Shown here: piece by piece, positions 56,132 to 64,000 of the stretch
Numbering within the stretch: the stretch's first letter is position 1
Layout of the letters: every line of letters begins with the position of its first letter
Origin: Gemmatimonadota bacterium
GTDB lineage: Bacteria; Gemmatimonadota; Gemmatimonadetes; Longimicrobiales; Gaopeijiaceae
Direction: 5' to 3'
DNA length: 64,000 nt
Assembly: GCA_034521595.1 (NCBI GenBank)
Contig: JAXHMG010000003.1
Location: forward strand, 2,752,001 to 2,816,000
Program-made: the position numbers and the translations under genes
The notes under the pieces: model-generated
What the model was told of the DNA's origin: nothing
The model's database searches: none
The model's input: only the letters and a program-made list of their open reading frames with translations

Positions 56132-58807
56132 TTACCCACCCCGCATCGACTCGATCGGGTCGACCCGCGAGGCCCGGCGGGCCGGCACGTAGCTCGCCGT
56201 GAGTCCGATGGCGGCCATGGCGAGGGCGGTGCCGGCGAACGTCCACGGGTCCCACTGGGTGATCCCGTAGAGCATGCTGGACAGCGCCCGGACGGCGAGC
56301 AGCGCAACGGCCAGACCCAGGACGATCCCGAGCGCGACCACCCGTGCGCCCTGACCCACGACCATGCGCCGCACGCGTCCGGCCTCGGCGCCGAGCGCCA
56401 TCCGCACGCCGATCTCCCGGGTGCGTTGGGTGACGACGTAGGAGAGCACGCCGTACAGGCCGATCACGCCGAGCGTCAGGGCCAACCCGGCGGCCACGGC
56501 CAGGATCAGCATCGTGAACGAGAGGTCGATCATGGAGCGATCCACGAGCCCCCGCATCGTGTACACGCGGTACATGGGTGCGCTGGGCGCCACTTCCCGC
56601 ACCGCCTCCCGGATGGCCGGAGCCAGGGACTCGGCCCCGGGGCCCCGCACCACGTAGCCGGGCGACGTCAGGGCCCAGGACCTCGGGGTGGGACCGATCA
56701 GCGGGAAGTAGACCGTGGGCTCGGCCTCGCGGCGGAAGTCGTACTGGTGCACGTCGTCCACGACGCCGACCACCGTGTGCCACTCCTCGAGCTCGGTGGT
56801 CCGGATGCGGCGACCGACCGGGTCTTCGTCCGGCCAGAGCAGGTCCGCGGCGCCGCGGCTGACGACCACGTTTCCCGGCAGGACCGCGTCGTCGTCCACG
56901 AACCCGCGGCCCTGCAGCACCTCGATGCCCATCGCCCGAAAGTAGTCGCCGCCCGCGAAGGTGTAGCCGATTCGGGGCGCGGCATCCCCTTCGTCCGGTC
57001 CCGAGCGCTCCGTGACGATCCGGGTGCTCGCCACCCCTTCGTCGAGGGGAACGTTCTCCACGATGCCCACCTGCTCCACGCCGGGCATGGCACGGAGGCG
57101 GTCCATGAAGTCGAGGTGGAAGCGGGCCCACGTCGGTCCGTCGACCAGGTGCTCCTCGTCGGGCGCGAACTGGAAGGTCAGGATCTCCTCGGTGTCATAG
57201 CCGGGATCTACGGAATGAAGCTGTTGGAAGCTTCTGAGCAGAAGGCCGGAGCCGACGAGCAACACCAGGGCGAGCGCGGTCTGCGCGACCACCAGCCCGT
57301 CCCGCCCCCACCAGCGCCGGCGGGTCGACCCGCGCGCCCCGTCCTTGAGGCGATCGAGATCGGGCGCGGACGAGCGGACGGCCGGCCCCAGGCCGCACGC
57401 CAACGCCGCGAAGGCCGACGCACCCAGAACGAAGAGCACGGTCGTCGGAGAGAGCCCGACGTCGGCGACGCGCGGCAACCCGTCCGGTGCCACGCTCCGG
57501 AAGGCCGGCAGCCCGAGCCGTGCCAGGGCGAGCGCGCCGGCGCCGGCCAACCCGGCCACCACGGCCGCTTCGGCGAGCTGCGAGCGGATCAGGTCGCCGC
57601 GGCCCGCCCCGATCGCGCGACGCACCGCCAGGTCTCGCCCCCGCGTCTCGGCACGGACGGTGAACAGACCGGCCACGTTCGCGCAGGCGATGAGGAGCAC
57701 GACCGTGACGCTGGCCATGAGGATCCAGAGCGGGCCCGTCACGTCGCCGAGCAGGCGGTCGCGCAAGGAGCGCACGACGGGCCGGTGCCGCTCGATGATC
57801 CGGGTATAGCTCGGAGGCCCGCCCCAGAGCTCCGGCAGCCGGTCCGCCAGCGCGTCGAGCTCCCGGGTCAGCGAGGCGTGGTCGGCGCCGTCGGTGAGCC
57901 GTCCCACGAGATTGAAATCGCCGAAGCGACCCGGTGCGGGCACGTCCGCGGCCGCGTGCTCGTCCGGGATCCACGCCGCGACGCCATCCACCGGGAAGCG
58001 GAAATCGGGCCCCATGACCCCGATGATCTCCTTCGGGCCGTTGACGAAGTAGTGGCTCCGGCCGATCACCGCCGGGTCGGCCCCGAACCACGTGGTCCAG
58101 AGCTCGTGGCTGAGCAGCGCGACGGTGCCGTCCTCGCCCTCCACGGGGAGGCGGCCCAGGATGGGCTCGACCCCCAGCGTGCTGAAGAGCGAACGCGACG
58201 GCATCGACTGGCGCAGACGCTCGACCCGGTCGCCTGCCCTCAGCGTCGCGGTGAACGAGTTGAACGTCGCGAGGTCCTCGAGCTGCGTCGCCTGATCGCG
58301 GTAGTGCAGGAAGAACTCGAGCGGCACCCCGAACTCGTCCGGCAGATCCGAGCCCGGAGCCGAGGCCGCGATGTGCACGAGCCGGTCGGAGTCTTCGTAC
58401 GGAAGCGGACGGAGGAGCACCGCGTCCACCACGCCGAAGAGGGCCGCGTTGGCTCCGAGCGCGAGCGCCAGGGTCGCAACGGCCGCGAAGGCGAATCCCG
58501 GTGATTTCCGGAGCGAGCGCCCGGCTTGTCGCAGATCTCCGATCCATTGTCCCATCATCGTCCCCACCCCCATCTCGTCGTCGGATGTCACGTTCCCTTC
58601 ACGCCGCCACACCGGTCGCCACCGCTCGGCGAGGCCGGACCACACCAGATCGATGCACGTCGCCAGCGCGCACCATGCTCCCGCCACCGGCCCCCGCTCG
58701 AACGCCCGCGCGACGTCGTCCTCGGCCTGCCCGACGAGCTCCGGGCCGAACCGGGTCCGAAACGAGCGCGGGTAGGTCCGAAGCAGGAACCGGAGCAGGA
58801 GCGTCAC
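56132..58807 (-). CDS. ADOP-type duplicated ABC permease (MacB_PCD/FtsX x2)
   Basis: DLRQAGRSLRKSPGF, LLRPLPY, LLIACANVA, VRRAIGAGR, LVVAQTALALVLLVG, GLYGVLSY.V.QRTREIGVRMALGA, PARRASRVDP. Confidence 0.93.
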   Translation of the reverse strand: MTLLLRFLLRTYPRSFRTRFGPELVGQAEDDVARAFERGPVAGAWCALATCIDLVWSGLAERWRPVWRREGNVTSDDEMGVGTMMGQWIGDLRQAGRSLRKSPGFAFAAVATLALALGANAALFGVVDAVLLRPLPYEDSDRLVHIAASAPGSDLPDEFGVPLEFFLHYRDQATQLEDLATFNSFTATLRAGDRVERLRQSMPSRSLFSTLGVEPILGRLPVEGEDGTVALLSHELWTTWFGADPAVIGRSHYFVNGPKEIIGVMGPDFRFPVDGVAAWIPDEHAAADVPAPGRFGDFNLVGRLTDGADHASLTRELDALADRLPELWGGPPSYTRIIERHRPVVRSLRDRLLGDVTGPLWILMASVTVVLLIACANVAGLFTVRAETRGRDLAVRRAIGAGRGDLIRSQLAEAAVVAGLAGAGALALARLGLPAFRSVAPDGLPRVADVGLSPTTVLFVLGASAFAALACGLGPAVRSSAPDLDRLKDGARGSTRRRWWGRDGLVVAQTALALVLLVGSGLLLRSFQQLHSVDPGYDTEEILTFQFAPDEEHLVDGPTWARFHLDFMDRLRAMPGVEQVGIVENVPLDEGVASTRIVTERSGPDEGDAAPRIGYTFAGGDYFRAMGIEVLQGRGFVDDDAVLPGNVVVSRGAADLLWPDEDPVGRRIRTTELEEWHTVVGVVDDVHQYDFRREAEPTVYFPLIGPTPRSWALTSPGYVVRGPGAESLAPAIREAVREVAPSAPMYRVYTMRGLVDRSMIDLSFTMLILAVAAGLALTLGVIGLYGVLSYVVTQRTREIGVRMALGAEAGRVRRMVVGQGARVVALGIVLGLAVALLAVRALSSMLYGITQWDPWTFAGTALAMAAIGLTASYVPARRASRVDPIESMRGG

Positions 58808-59148
58808 GACCCCGCGCCCAACCGCTCGAGCGCCAGGGCCGCGGCTCCTTCGAGGCGGCGTGCCTCGTCGGCCAGAACCTTCCGGCCCTCCTCCGTCAGC
58901 GCGTAATACCGTCGCGTCCGGCCCGGATGGGGGCCGTGCTCGTCCGGCTCCCCGGTCTCGGCCACGAACCCCGTGGAAGTCAGGCGGGCGATGACCCGGT
59001 AGAGCGAGCCCGCCCGCGGCGAGAGCGCACCCTCGGATTCACGCTCCACCGCATCGCGAACCGCGTAGCCGTGCATCGGCCCCTCGGCGATGGCGAGGAG
59101 CACGTGATAGTCCAGCGGGCTGAGGCCGCCGTCGGAGGTCGGTGTCAT
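58804..59148 (-). CDS. PadR-family transcriptional regulator
   Basis: LLAIAEGPMHGY, GSLYRVI.RL, RRYYALTEEG; coupled to the ADOP permease. Confidence 0.92.
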   Translation of the reverse strand: MTPTSDGGLSPLDYHVLLAIAEGPMHGYAVRDAVERESEGALSPRAGSLYRVIARLTSTGFVAETGEPDEHGPHPGRTRRYYALTEEGRKVLADEARRLEGAAALALERLGAGS

Positions 59149-59200
59149 GGCACGCTCGGTTCCGGCCTGCGCTCGGCGGGCCAAGGACAGCATCGTTCAC

Positions 59201-59225
59201 ATATACGCTAAATGTATATATATAC
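59201..59225. promoter_or_regulatory. Putative PadR operator
   Basis: AT-rich inverted repeat ATATAC-N7-GTATAT (59201-59219) overlapping the palindrome GTATATATATAC (59214-59225), about 55 bp upstream of padR. Confidence 0.55.
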
Positions 59226-59258
59226 CCAGCATATTCGTGTGCGTGGCGGACGTCAAGC

Positions 59259-60479
59259 TCAGCGGGGCAGCCGCACCCCGACCACCGACTGGACGTCGAG
59301 CGAGTCCGCTTGAACGGCCAGCAGCCATCCGTCGCGCACGACCGGCGGAACGCCTTCGAAGGCGGCATAGCCGGCGCGGTACTGGCCGAGGAAGCGCCCG
59401 TCCGGAGCGAACACTTCGAACACGGGGCCCGGCTCGCCCTTCCGTTGCACCCAGACGTTCCCCTGCTCGTCCACCGTCAGGTGCTCGAGCACCGGAGCGC
59501 GGTCGGGGAGCACCTCGTCCCAGTCGACCGAGATGCGACCGGCGCGCTCCATGAACTCCTCGACGCGCCCGATGGCTTCACGGCGTTCGTCCTCCCCGAT
59601 CGGGGGCGGCTCCGCCGCGATGTCGACGACCACCGTCGTGTCTCCGTCGGGCGTGAGGCGCACCAAACGGTAGGCGTCCGAAACGGCCGTCCAAATCGAC
59701 CCTCGAGGATCGACGGTCTGGAGGCGCTCCGGGCTGAACGGCACGTTCGCGGTGCCTCGCTCGAATCGCAGGCCGCGGACCGGCTCGGGTCCCACCAGGA
59801 CGGAGTCGACCGTGCCCGTGCTCGGCTCCATGCGCTTGTAGTACGACCGGAGAGTGCCCGTGACCAGGCCCGGCTCCTGCGCACCGGCCGGCCCGAAACT
59901 GTCGTCGGCGTGCCTCCACTGCACCCAGATCCGTCCGTCATCCGTGACCCGGCCGTCCCAGAGATAGCTGTACCCGTTCACGAACGACGGATGCGTCTCG
60001 AAACCCCCGTCCGGCAGCCAGCGCGTGAGCGCGTTCCGGCCGTGATCGTTGAGCCAGATCGCGCCTTCCGCATCGACGTGCACGCCGTTCGCGCTCGCGA
60101 TCTCGCGCGGGCCCTCCCCACTCGTGCCGACGACCTCGATCAAGGCGCCCGTCGTGTCGAACCGGTAGAGCTCGGAAGCCTGATGATCGAGCACCAGCAC
60201 GGTCTCGTCCGGCTCGAGGGCGATGCCCCGGACGTCCCCGAACACGACGTCCGACCCGGTGCCGACCTCGAAGGCGACATCGAGCTCGTGCGTGGGCTCG
60301 GTGGGAATCGCGCCGTACCGGGCGTGGACGACGCCGGACTCCGTCGTGTCGAACGTCACCTCGGGCACGGCGGCGGGGCGTTCGGTCGCGGGCTCACAGC
60401 CCATCACGCCGAGCGCGGCGAAAACGCCCGCGAGCACCGCAATGCCCGAATCACGCATCCGAAAAGTCCTTCGAGCCAT
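59259..60479 (-). CDS. Six-bladed beta-propeller lipoprotein
   Basis: GGAGG before the ATG at 60479; lipobox LGVMG-C; FD..G..I..VG..GEGP.E; VDEQGNVWV, VFAPDGRFLG. Confidence 0.8.
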   Translation of the reverse strand: MARRTFRMRDSGIAVLAGVFAALGVMGCEPATERPAAVPEVTFDTTESGVVHARYGAIPTEPTHELDVAFEVGTGSDVVFGDVRGIALEPDETVLVLDHQASELYRFDTTGALIEVVGTSGEGPREIASANGVHVDAEGAIWLNDHGRNALTRWLPDGGFETHPSFVNGYSYLWDGRVTDDGRIWVQWRHADDSFGPAGAQEPGLVTGTLRSYYKRMEPSTGTVDSVLVGPEPVRGLRFERGTANVPFSPERLQTVDPRGSIWTAVSDAYRLVRLTPDGDTTVVVDIAAEPPPIGEDERREAIGRVEEFMERAGRISVDWDEVLPDRAPVLEHLTVDEQGNVWVQRKGEPGPVFEVFAPDGRFLGQYRAGYAAFEGVPPVVRDGWLLAVQADSLDVQSVVGVRLPR

Positions 60480-60503
60480 GTGGCCTCCAGGGAAAAAGGG
60501 GCA

Positions 60504-60540
60504 TGATATGAGTATGATATGAGTATCTTTTGAGTATTGA
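60504..60540. repeat. Triple TGAGTA direct repeat with 11-bp period (copy 2)
   Basis: TGATATGAGTA-TGATATGAGTA-TCTTTTGAGTA-TTGA; TGAGTA at 60509, 60520 and 60531. Confidence 0.8.
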
Positions 60541-60624
60541 TCGGCGGGTGCCCCGATCGTGGTCGGAAGATACGTTGCCCAACCGAGCGACGCTTCAGCG
60601 GTCCCACCCCAACCACCCGGGATC

Positions 60625-62235
60625 ATGCCCCACACCCGTTTCCACCCCATCCTCGCCCTCGTCCTCTTCACGCTCGCCGCCTGCGCGCCGTCCGGTGACG
60701 AAGCGGCGGACGACGGTCCGTGGGACGTCCTCGTCACCGGTGGAACGGTGGTCGACGGCACGGGCGAACCCGGGGTCGTGGCAGATGTGGCGGTTCGCGG
60801 CGACCGGATCGTGCGCGTCTCCGTGTCTCCGCTCCCCCACGAGCCCGCTGCCCGGGTGATCGACGCGAGCGGGCTGGTGGTCGCCCCGGGCTTCATTGAC
60901 GTGCACGCTCACCTCGACCCGCTGCTCGACCTGCCGGAGGCGGAGAGCCACGTGCGCCAGGGGGTCACGACCGCGCTCGGCGGACCGGACGGGGGCGGGC
61001 CCTGGCCGCTCGGCGAGCACCTCGACTCGGCCGCCGCGCTCGGTGTGGGCATGAACGTGGCGCTCCTCACCGGACACAACACCATCCGGCGCCGTGTCAT
61101 GGGCTCGGACGCGCGGGCCCCGACGGACCAGGAGCTCGAGGAGATGCGCCAGATGGTAGCGCGCGCGATGGGCGAGGGCGCGTTCGGGCTCTCGACGGGG
61201 CTCCGGTACGTGCCCGGCACCTACTCCGAGGTCGACGAGGTGGTGGCGCTCGCTCGGGTCGCCGCGGACTCGGGCGGGATCTATACCTCGCACCTGCGGG
61301 AAGAAGGGCTCGAGCTCATCGAAGGGGTGGCCGAGCTCATCGAGATCGGGCGGCGCGCCAGCATCACGGCCGTCCTCACGCACCACAAGGTGGTCGGCTA
61401 CCCCATGTGGGGCTCGAGCGAGCGGACCCTCGCCATGGTGGATTCGGCGCGGGAAGCGGGCATCGACGTGCGCATCGACCAGTACCCGTACACGGCTACG
61501 TACACGGGCATCAGCATCCTGCTACCGCCCTGGTCGCTCGCCGGCGGAGACTCGGCGTTCGCCCGGCGGATCGAGGATCCGGTGCTCCGAGACAGCATCA
61601 AGGCGGGCACCGTCTTCAACATCGTCAACGACCGGGGCGGCAACGACCTGAGCCGCGTGCAGCTCGCGCGGGTCGAGTGGATGCCCGAGCTCGAGGGACG
61701 CACGCTGGAGGACTGGGCGGAGATGCGGGGCATGGCCCCCACGCCCGAGAACGGCGCCGAGCTCGTGATCGAGGCCATGGAGCGGGGCGGCGCGTCGGCC
61801 ATCTACCACGCGCTCGACGAAGGGGATGTGGAGCGGATCATGCGCCACCCCCAGACGATGATCGCCTCGGACGGACGCCTGACCGAGCCGGGGACCGGAC
61901 ACCCGCACCCGCGCTGGTACGGCACCTTCCCGCGCGTGCTCGGCCGCTACGTGCGTGAGGAGGGTGTGCTGACGTTGGAGGAAGCGGTCCGCAAGATGAC
62001 GTCGATGCCGGCCGACGTCATGGGCCTCCCCGACCGCGGGCGCGTGGCCGAGAGCATGCGGGCCGACCTCGTCGTCTTCGACCCCGAAGCCGTCATCGAC
62101 CGCGCCACCTTCCAGGATCCCCACCAGTATCCGGACGGAATCGACTTCGTGATGGTGAACGGGGTGGTGACGGTGGACGACGGGGTCTACCGGGACGTGC
62201 GGCCCGGTCGGGTGCTGCGGCGAGGTGGTGGGTAG
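60625..62235 (+). CDS. N-acyl-D-amino-acid deacylase (amidohydrolase), lipoprotein
   Basis: Lipobox LAA-C; GGTVVDGTG, VAPGFIDVHAH, GLSTGLRY.PG, SHLR.E, DQYPY, MIASDG, HPRWYGTFPRVLG, ADLVVFDP. Confidence 0.92.
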   Translation: MPHTRFHPILALVLFTLAACAPSGDEAADDGPWDVLVTGGTVVDGTGEPGVVADVAVRGDRIVRVSVSPLPHEPAARVIDASGLVVAPGFIDVHAHLDPLLDLPEAESHVRQGVTTALGGPDGGGPWPLGEHLDSAAALGVGMNVALLTGHNTIRRRVMGSDARAPTDQELEEMRQMVARAMGEGAFGLSTGLRYVPGTYSEVDEVVALARVAADSGGIYTSHLREEGLELIEGVAELIEIGRRASITAVLTHHKVVGYPMWGSSERTLAMVDSAREAGIDVRIDQYPYTATYTGISILLPPWSLAGGDSAFARRIEDPVLRDSIKAGTVFNIVNDRGGNDLSRVQLARVEWMPELEGRTLEDWAEMRGMAPTPENGAELVIEAMERGGASAIYHALDEGDVERIMRHPQTMIASDGRLTEPGTGHPHPRWYGTFPRVLGRYVREEGVLTLEEAVRKMTSMPADVMGLPDRGRVAESMRADLVVFDPEAVIDRATFQDPHQYPDGIDFVMVNGVVTVDDGVYRDVRPGRVLRRGGG

Positions 62236-62284
62236 GGGGGTGCTCGGGAAACTCCAGGGTGTGGCACGGCGGGCGAGGGTCGTC

Positions 62285-62698
62285 CTACGCCCCCCTGGGC
62301 AACAGCCTCGGCCTTCCGACCAACTCCATCGCACCGAAGTCCCGCTCGTCCAGCGTCACGATGGCATGCGCGCCGAGTCGCTCGGCCACCGCGGCGACCA
62401 CGGCATCCACCAACCCGATATCGAGATCGACATACCGCGAGCAGAGCTCGTGGGCTCGATGCAGATCGTCCGGCGTGCCCCACTCGACGACAAAGAGCCC
62501 CTCGGCAAGATCCGTCCTCCAGGCGGAGCGAGCCGTCCGGCCGAGGTAGCGGCCGACCAGGTAGTCGACCTCCGGAAGGATCGCCCAGGGCAGGATCCAG
62601 TCCGCCCCGCCGTCGTCGTAGAGGTCACGGATGGCTCGGTGGTGACGGTCACTCCCGTCGATGAGCGCCACCAGAGCGCCCGTGTCGGCGACGATCAC
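62285..62698 (-). CDS. vapC: PIN-domain toxin (VapC)
   Basis: IVADTG, ILPEVDY, GLVDA, TLDERDF (acidic PIN tetrad). Confidence 0.9.
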   Translation of the reverse strand: MIVADTGALVALIDGSDRHHRAIRDLYDDGGADWILPWAILPEVDYLVGRYLGRTARSAWRTDLAEGLFVVEWGTPDDLHRAHELCSRYVDLDIGLVDAVVAAVAERLGAHAIVTLDERDFGAMELVGRPRLLPRGA

Positions 62699-62934
62699 CG
62701 GGTATCACGGCCCATGTCGTCGAGCCGATCCTCGGAGCGCTCTGCGAGGTCGCCGCTCCGGCTTCGCCCGGCCCCGATGCTCGATGGACGTCGCGCAGGG
62801 GGCCCCTTACGCGCGTACTCCGAAACCGCTTCCCGGACGAGCTCAGCCGCCGACCGGCCCTCGGTCTCGGCCTGAGCCTTCAGCCGGTGATAGTCGGACC
62901 GATCCAGGTAGACCGTCGTCTTGATCGTGGCCAT
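62695..62934 (-). CDS. vapB: Ribbon-helix-helix (CopG-type) antitoxin
   Basis: KTTVYL....LK..A...GRSAAELVREAV..Y; GTGA-coupled to the PIN gene. Confidence 0.88.
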   Translation of the reverse strand: MATIKTTVYLDRSDYHRLKAQAETEGRSAAELVREAVSEYARKGPPARRPSSIGAGRSRSGDLAERSEDRLDDMGRDTR

Positions 62935-62958
62935 AAGGTACCATATATGGTATATGGC
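62930..62958. promoter_or_regulatory. Putative TA autoregulatory operator
   Basis: Perfect 14-bp palindrome TACCATATATGGTA (62939-62952) nested within GCCATA...TATGGC at the antitoxin start. Confidence 0.65.
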
Positions 62959-62995
62959 ATTCTATCAATTCGTGCTGGACTCGTCCGAAGCAGCA

Positions 62996-63174
62996 TCACC
63001 GAATGGCGCGCACGGCCGCCCCGGTAGCCAAGTCGACGAGCATCGCCGCCGTGAAGCTGAGGAGCGTACCGATGAGGAGGCAATACGCCAAGAAATACCG
63101 ACGCCCGTGCGGGTCGCCGTCCGATCGATCTGGAACACGAAGTCCGCCAACAGATGTCCGGCGTGGCGCGCCAT
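62996..63174 (-). pseudogene. Internally deleted DUF3307-like remnant
   Basis: N-terminal motif GHLLADFVFQ is joined within about 50 nt, with a frameshift, to the C-terminal motif YCLLIGTLLSFTAA..*. Confidence 0.55.
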
Positions 63175-63219
63175 GCGGGTCGACCCGGGGATCACCCTCC
63201 GCGAGGACTGAATTCGACT

Positions 63220-63241
63220 AGGGTCGGTAGCGTCCGACCCT
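63220..63241. terminator. Hairpin downstream of the hybrid kinase gene (possible terminator)
   Basis: AGGGTCGG-tagcgt-CCGACCCT; no clear U-tract. Confidence 0.35.
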
Positions 63242-63283
63242 TCGGCTCGGTGAGCGTCGATGGCCCGTCGGACATGGGTCGTG

Positions 63284-64000
63284 TCACTCCCGAAGAACGC
63301 GGTGGATGATGTCCAGGAGCGTGTCGGCGGTGTAGGGTTTGGGCAGGAAGTGCTCCACTCCCGAACCGAGAGCCCGCATCACGCGGCCGGTCGCCCCGAT
63401 CCCGCTCGCGCCGATGATCTTCACCTCGGGGTTCATGCGCTTCAGGGCGTGTACGGTGGCGGGACCATCCATGATCGGCATGACCATGTCGGTGAGCACG
63501 ACGTCGATCTCCTCGCTCATCCGGCCGTAGATCGCGACCGCGTCGGCACCGTCGGCGGCGGTGACCACCCGGTACCCGAATGCCTCGAGCGTTTGCCGGG
63601 TGATGTCACGGATCGAGCTTTCGTCATCGATGACCAGAACGGTCTCCCCGTTGCCGCGCGGGGCTTCTTCCCCATCCCGAGCCGGGGACCGGGTGTCGTC
63701 GGAGTCCAGGGCGGCGGGAAAATAGAGTCTGAAGGTGGTTCCGGTGCCGGGCTCCGAATACACGTTCACGAATCCGCCGTGGCTTTTCAGGATTGCCGCG
63801 ACGGTGGACAAGCCGAGGCCCGTTCCTTTGCCGACCTCCTTCGTCGTGAAGAACGGATCGAAGACCTGGGACGCGACGTCCTGCGGCATTCCGGTGCCCG
63901 TGTCCACGACGGAGACCCGGACGTGCGGACCCGGCGATGCGGCGTGGGCCATGGACGCGTAGTGCTCGTCCAGCTCCGCGTTCTCGGCGGTCACCGTAAT
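63284..64000 (-). CDS. Hybrid sensor histidine kinase/response regulator, C-terminal part (5' end outside window)
   Basis: DTGTGM, FDPFFTTKEVGKGTGLGL, HGGFVNVYSEPGTGTTF; REC VIDDE, TDMVMP, KPY. Confidence 0.92.
   Translation of the reverse strand: MTVTAENAELDEHYASMAHAASPGPHVRVSVVDTGTGMPQDVASQVFDPFFTTKEVGKGTGLGLSTVAAILKSHGGFVNVYSEPGTGTTFRLYFPAALDSDDTRSPARDGEEAPRGNGETVLVIDDESSIRDITRQTLEAFGYRVVTAADGADAVAIYGRMSEEIDVVLTDMVMPIMDGPATVHALKRMNPEVKIIGASGIGATGRVMRALGSGVEHFLPKPYTADTLLDIIHRVLRE

Noticed and set aside
60504-60540. CRISPR array or plasmid iterons for the TGAGTA repeats
   Set aside because: The units are 11 bp with no unique spacers, and no cas or rep gene is in the window.

Overview
High-GC (roughly 70% by eye) bacterial chromosomal window. 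The gene repertoire (ADOP permease with PadR, DUF5916, six-bladed propeller lipoprotein, hybrid sensor kinases) resembles Gemmatimonadota/Acidobacteriota-type genomes; this is an inference. It holds about 50 genes: transport (SSS, NSS, BMP-type ABC, Ca/Na antiporter, P1B ATPase, Fluc), metabolism (pfkA, plant/chlamydial-type fabI, lutABC, beta-carbonic anhydrase, an aconitase-family fusion with LeuD-LeuC order), DNA repair (ligA-polX), two tandem tRNAs (Glu-CTC, Val-CAC), a fluoride riboswitch, a VapBC pair and two gene remnants. No CRISPR array, rRNA, integrase or transposase was seen. The best candidate for an undescribed system is a divergent envelope cluster at 3.4-8.7 kb: an exported caspase-like (C14) protease, two CsgG/HfaB-TPR proteins and a putative outer-membrane beta-barrel. 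A second notable signal is an AT-rich triple TGAGTA repeat with 11-bp period that occurs twice, about 18.8 kb apart. All family assignments come from motif recognition by eye, not database searches.
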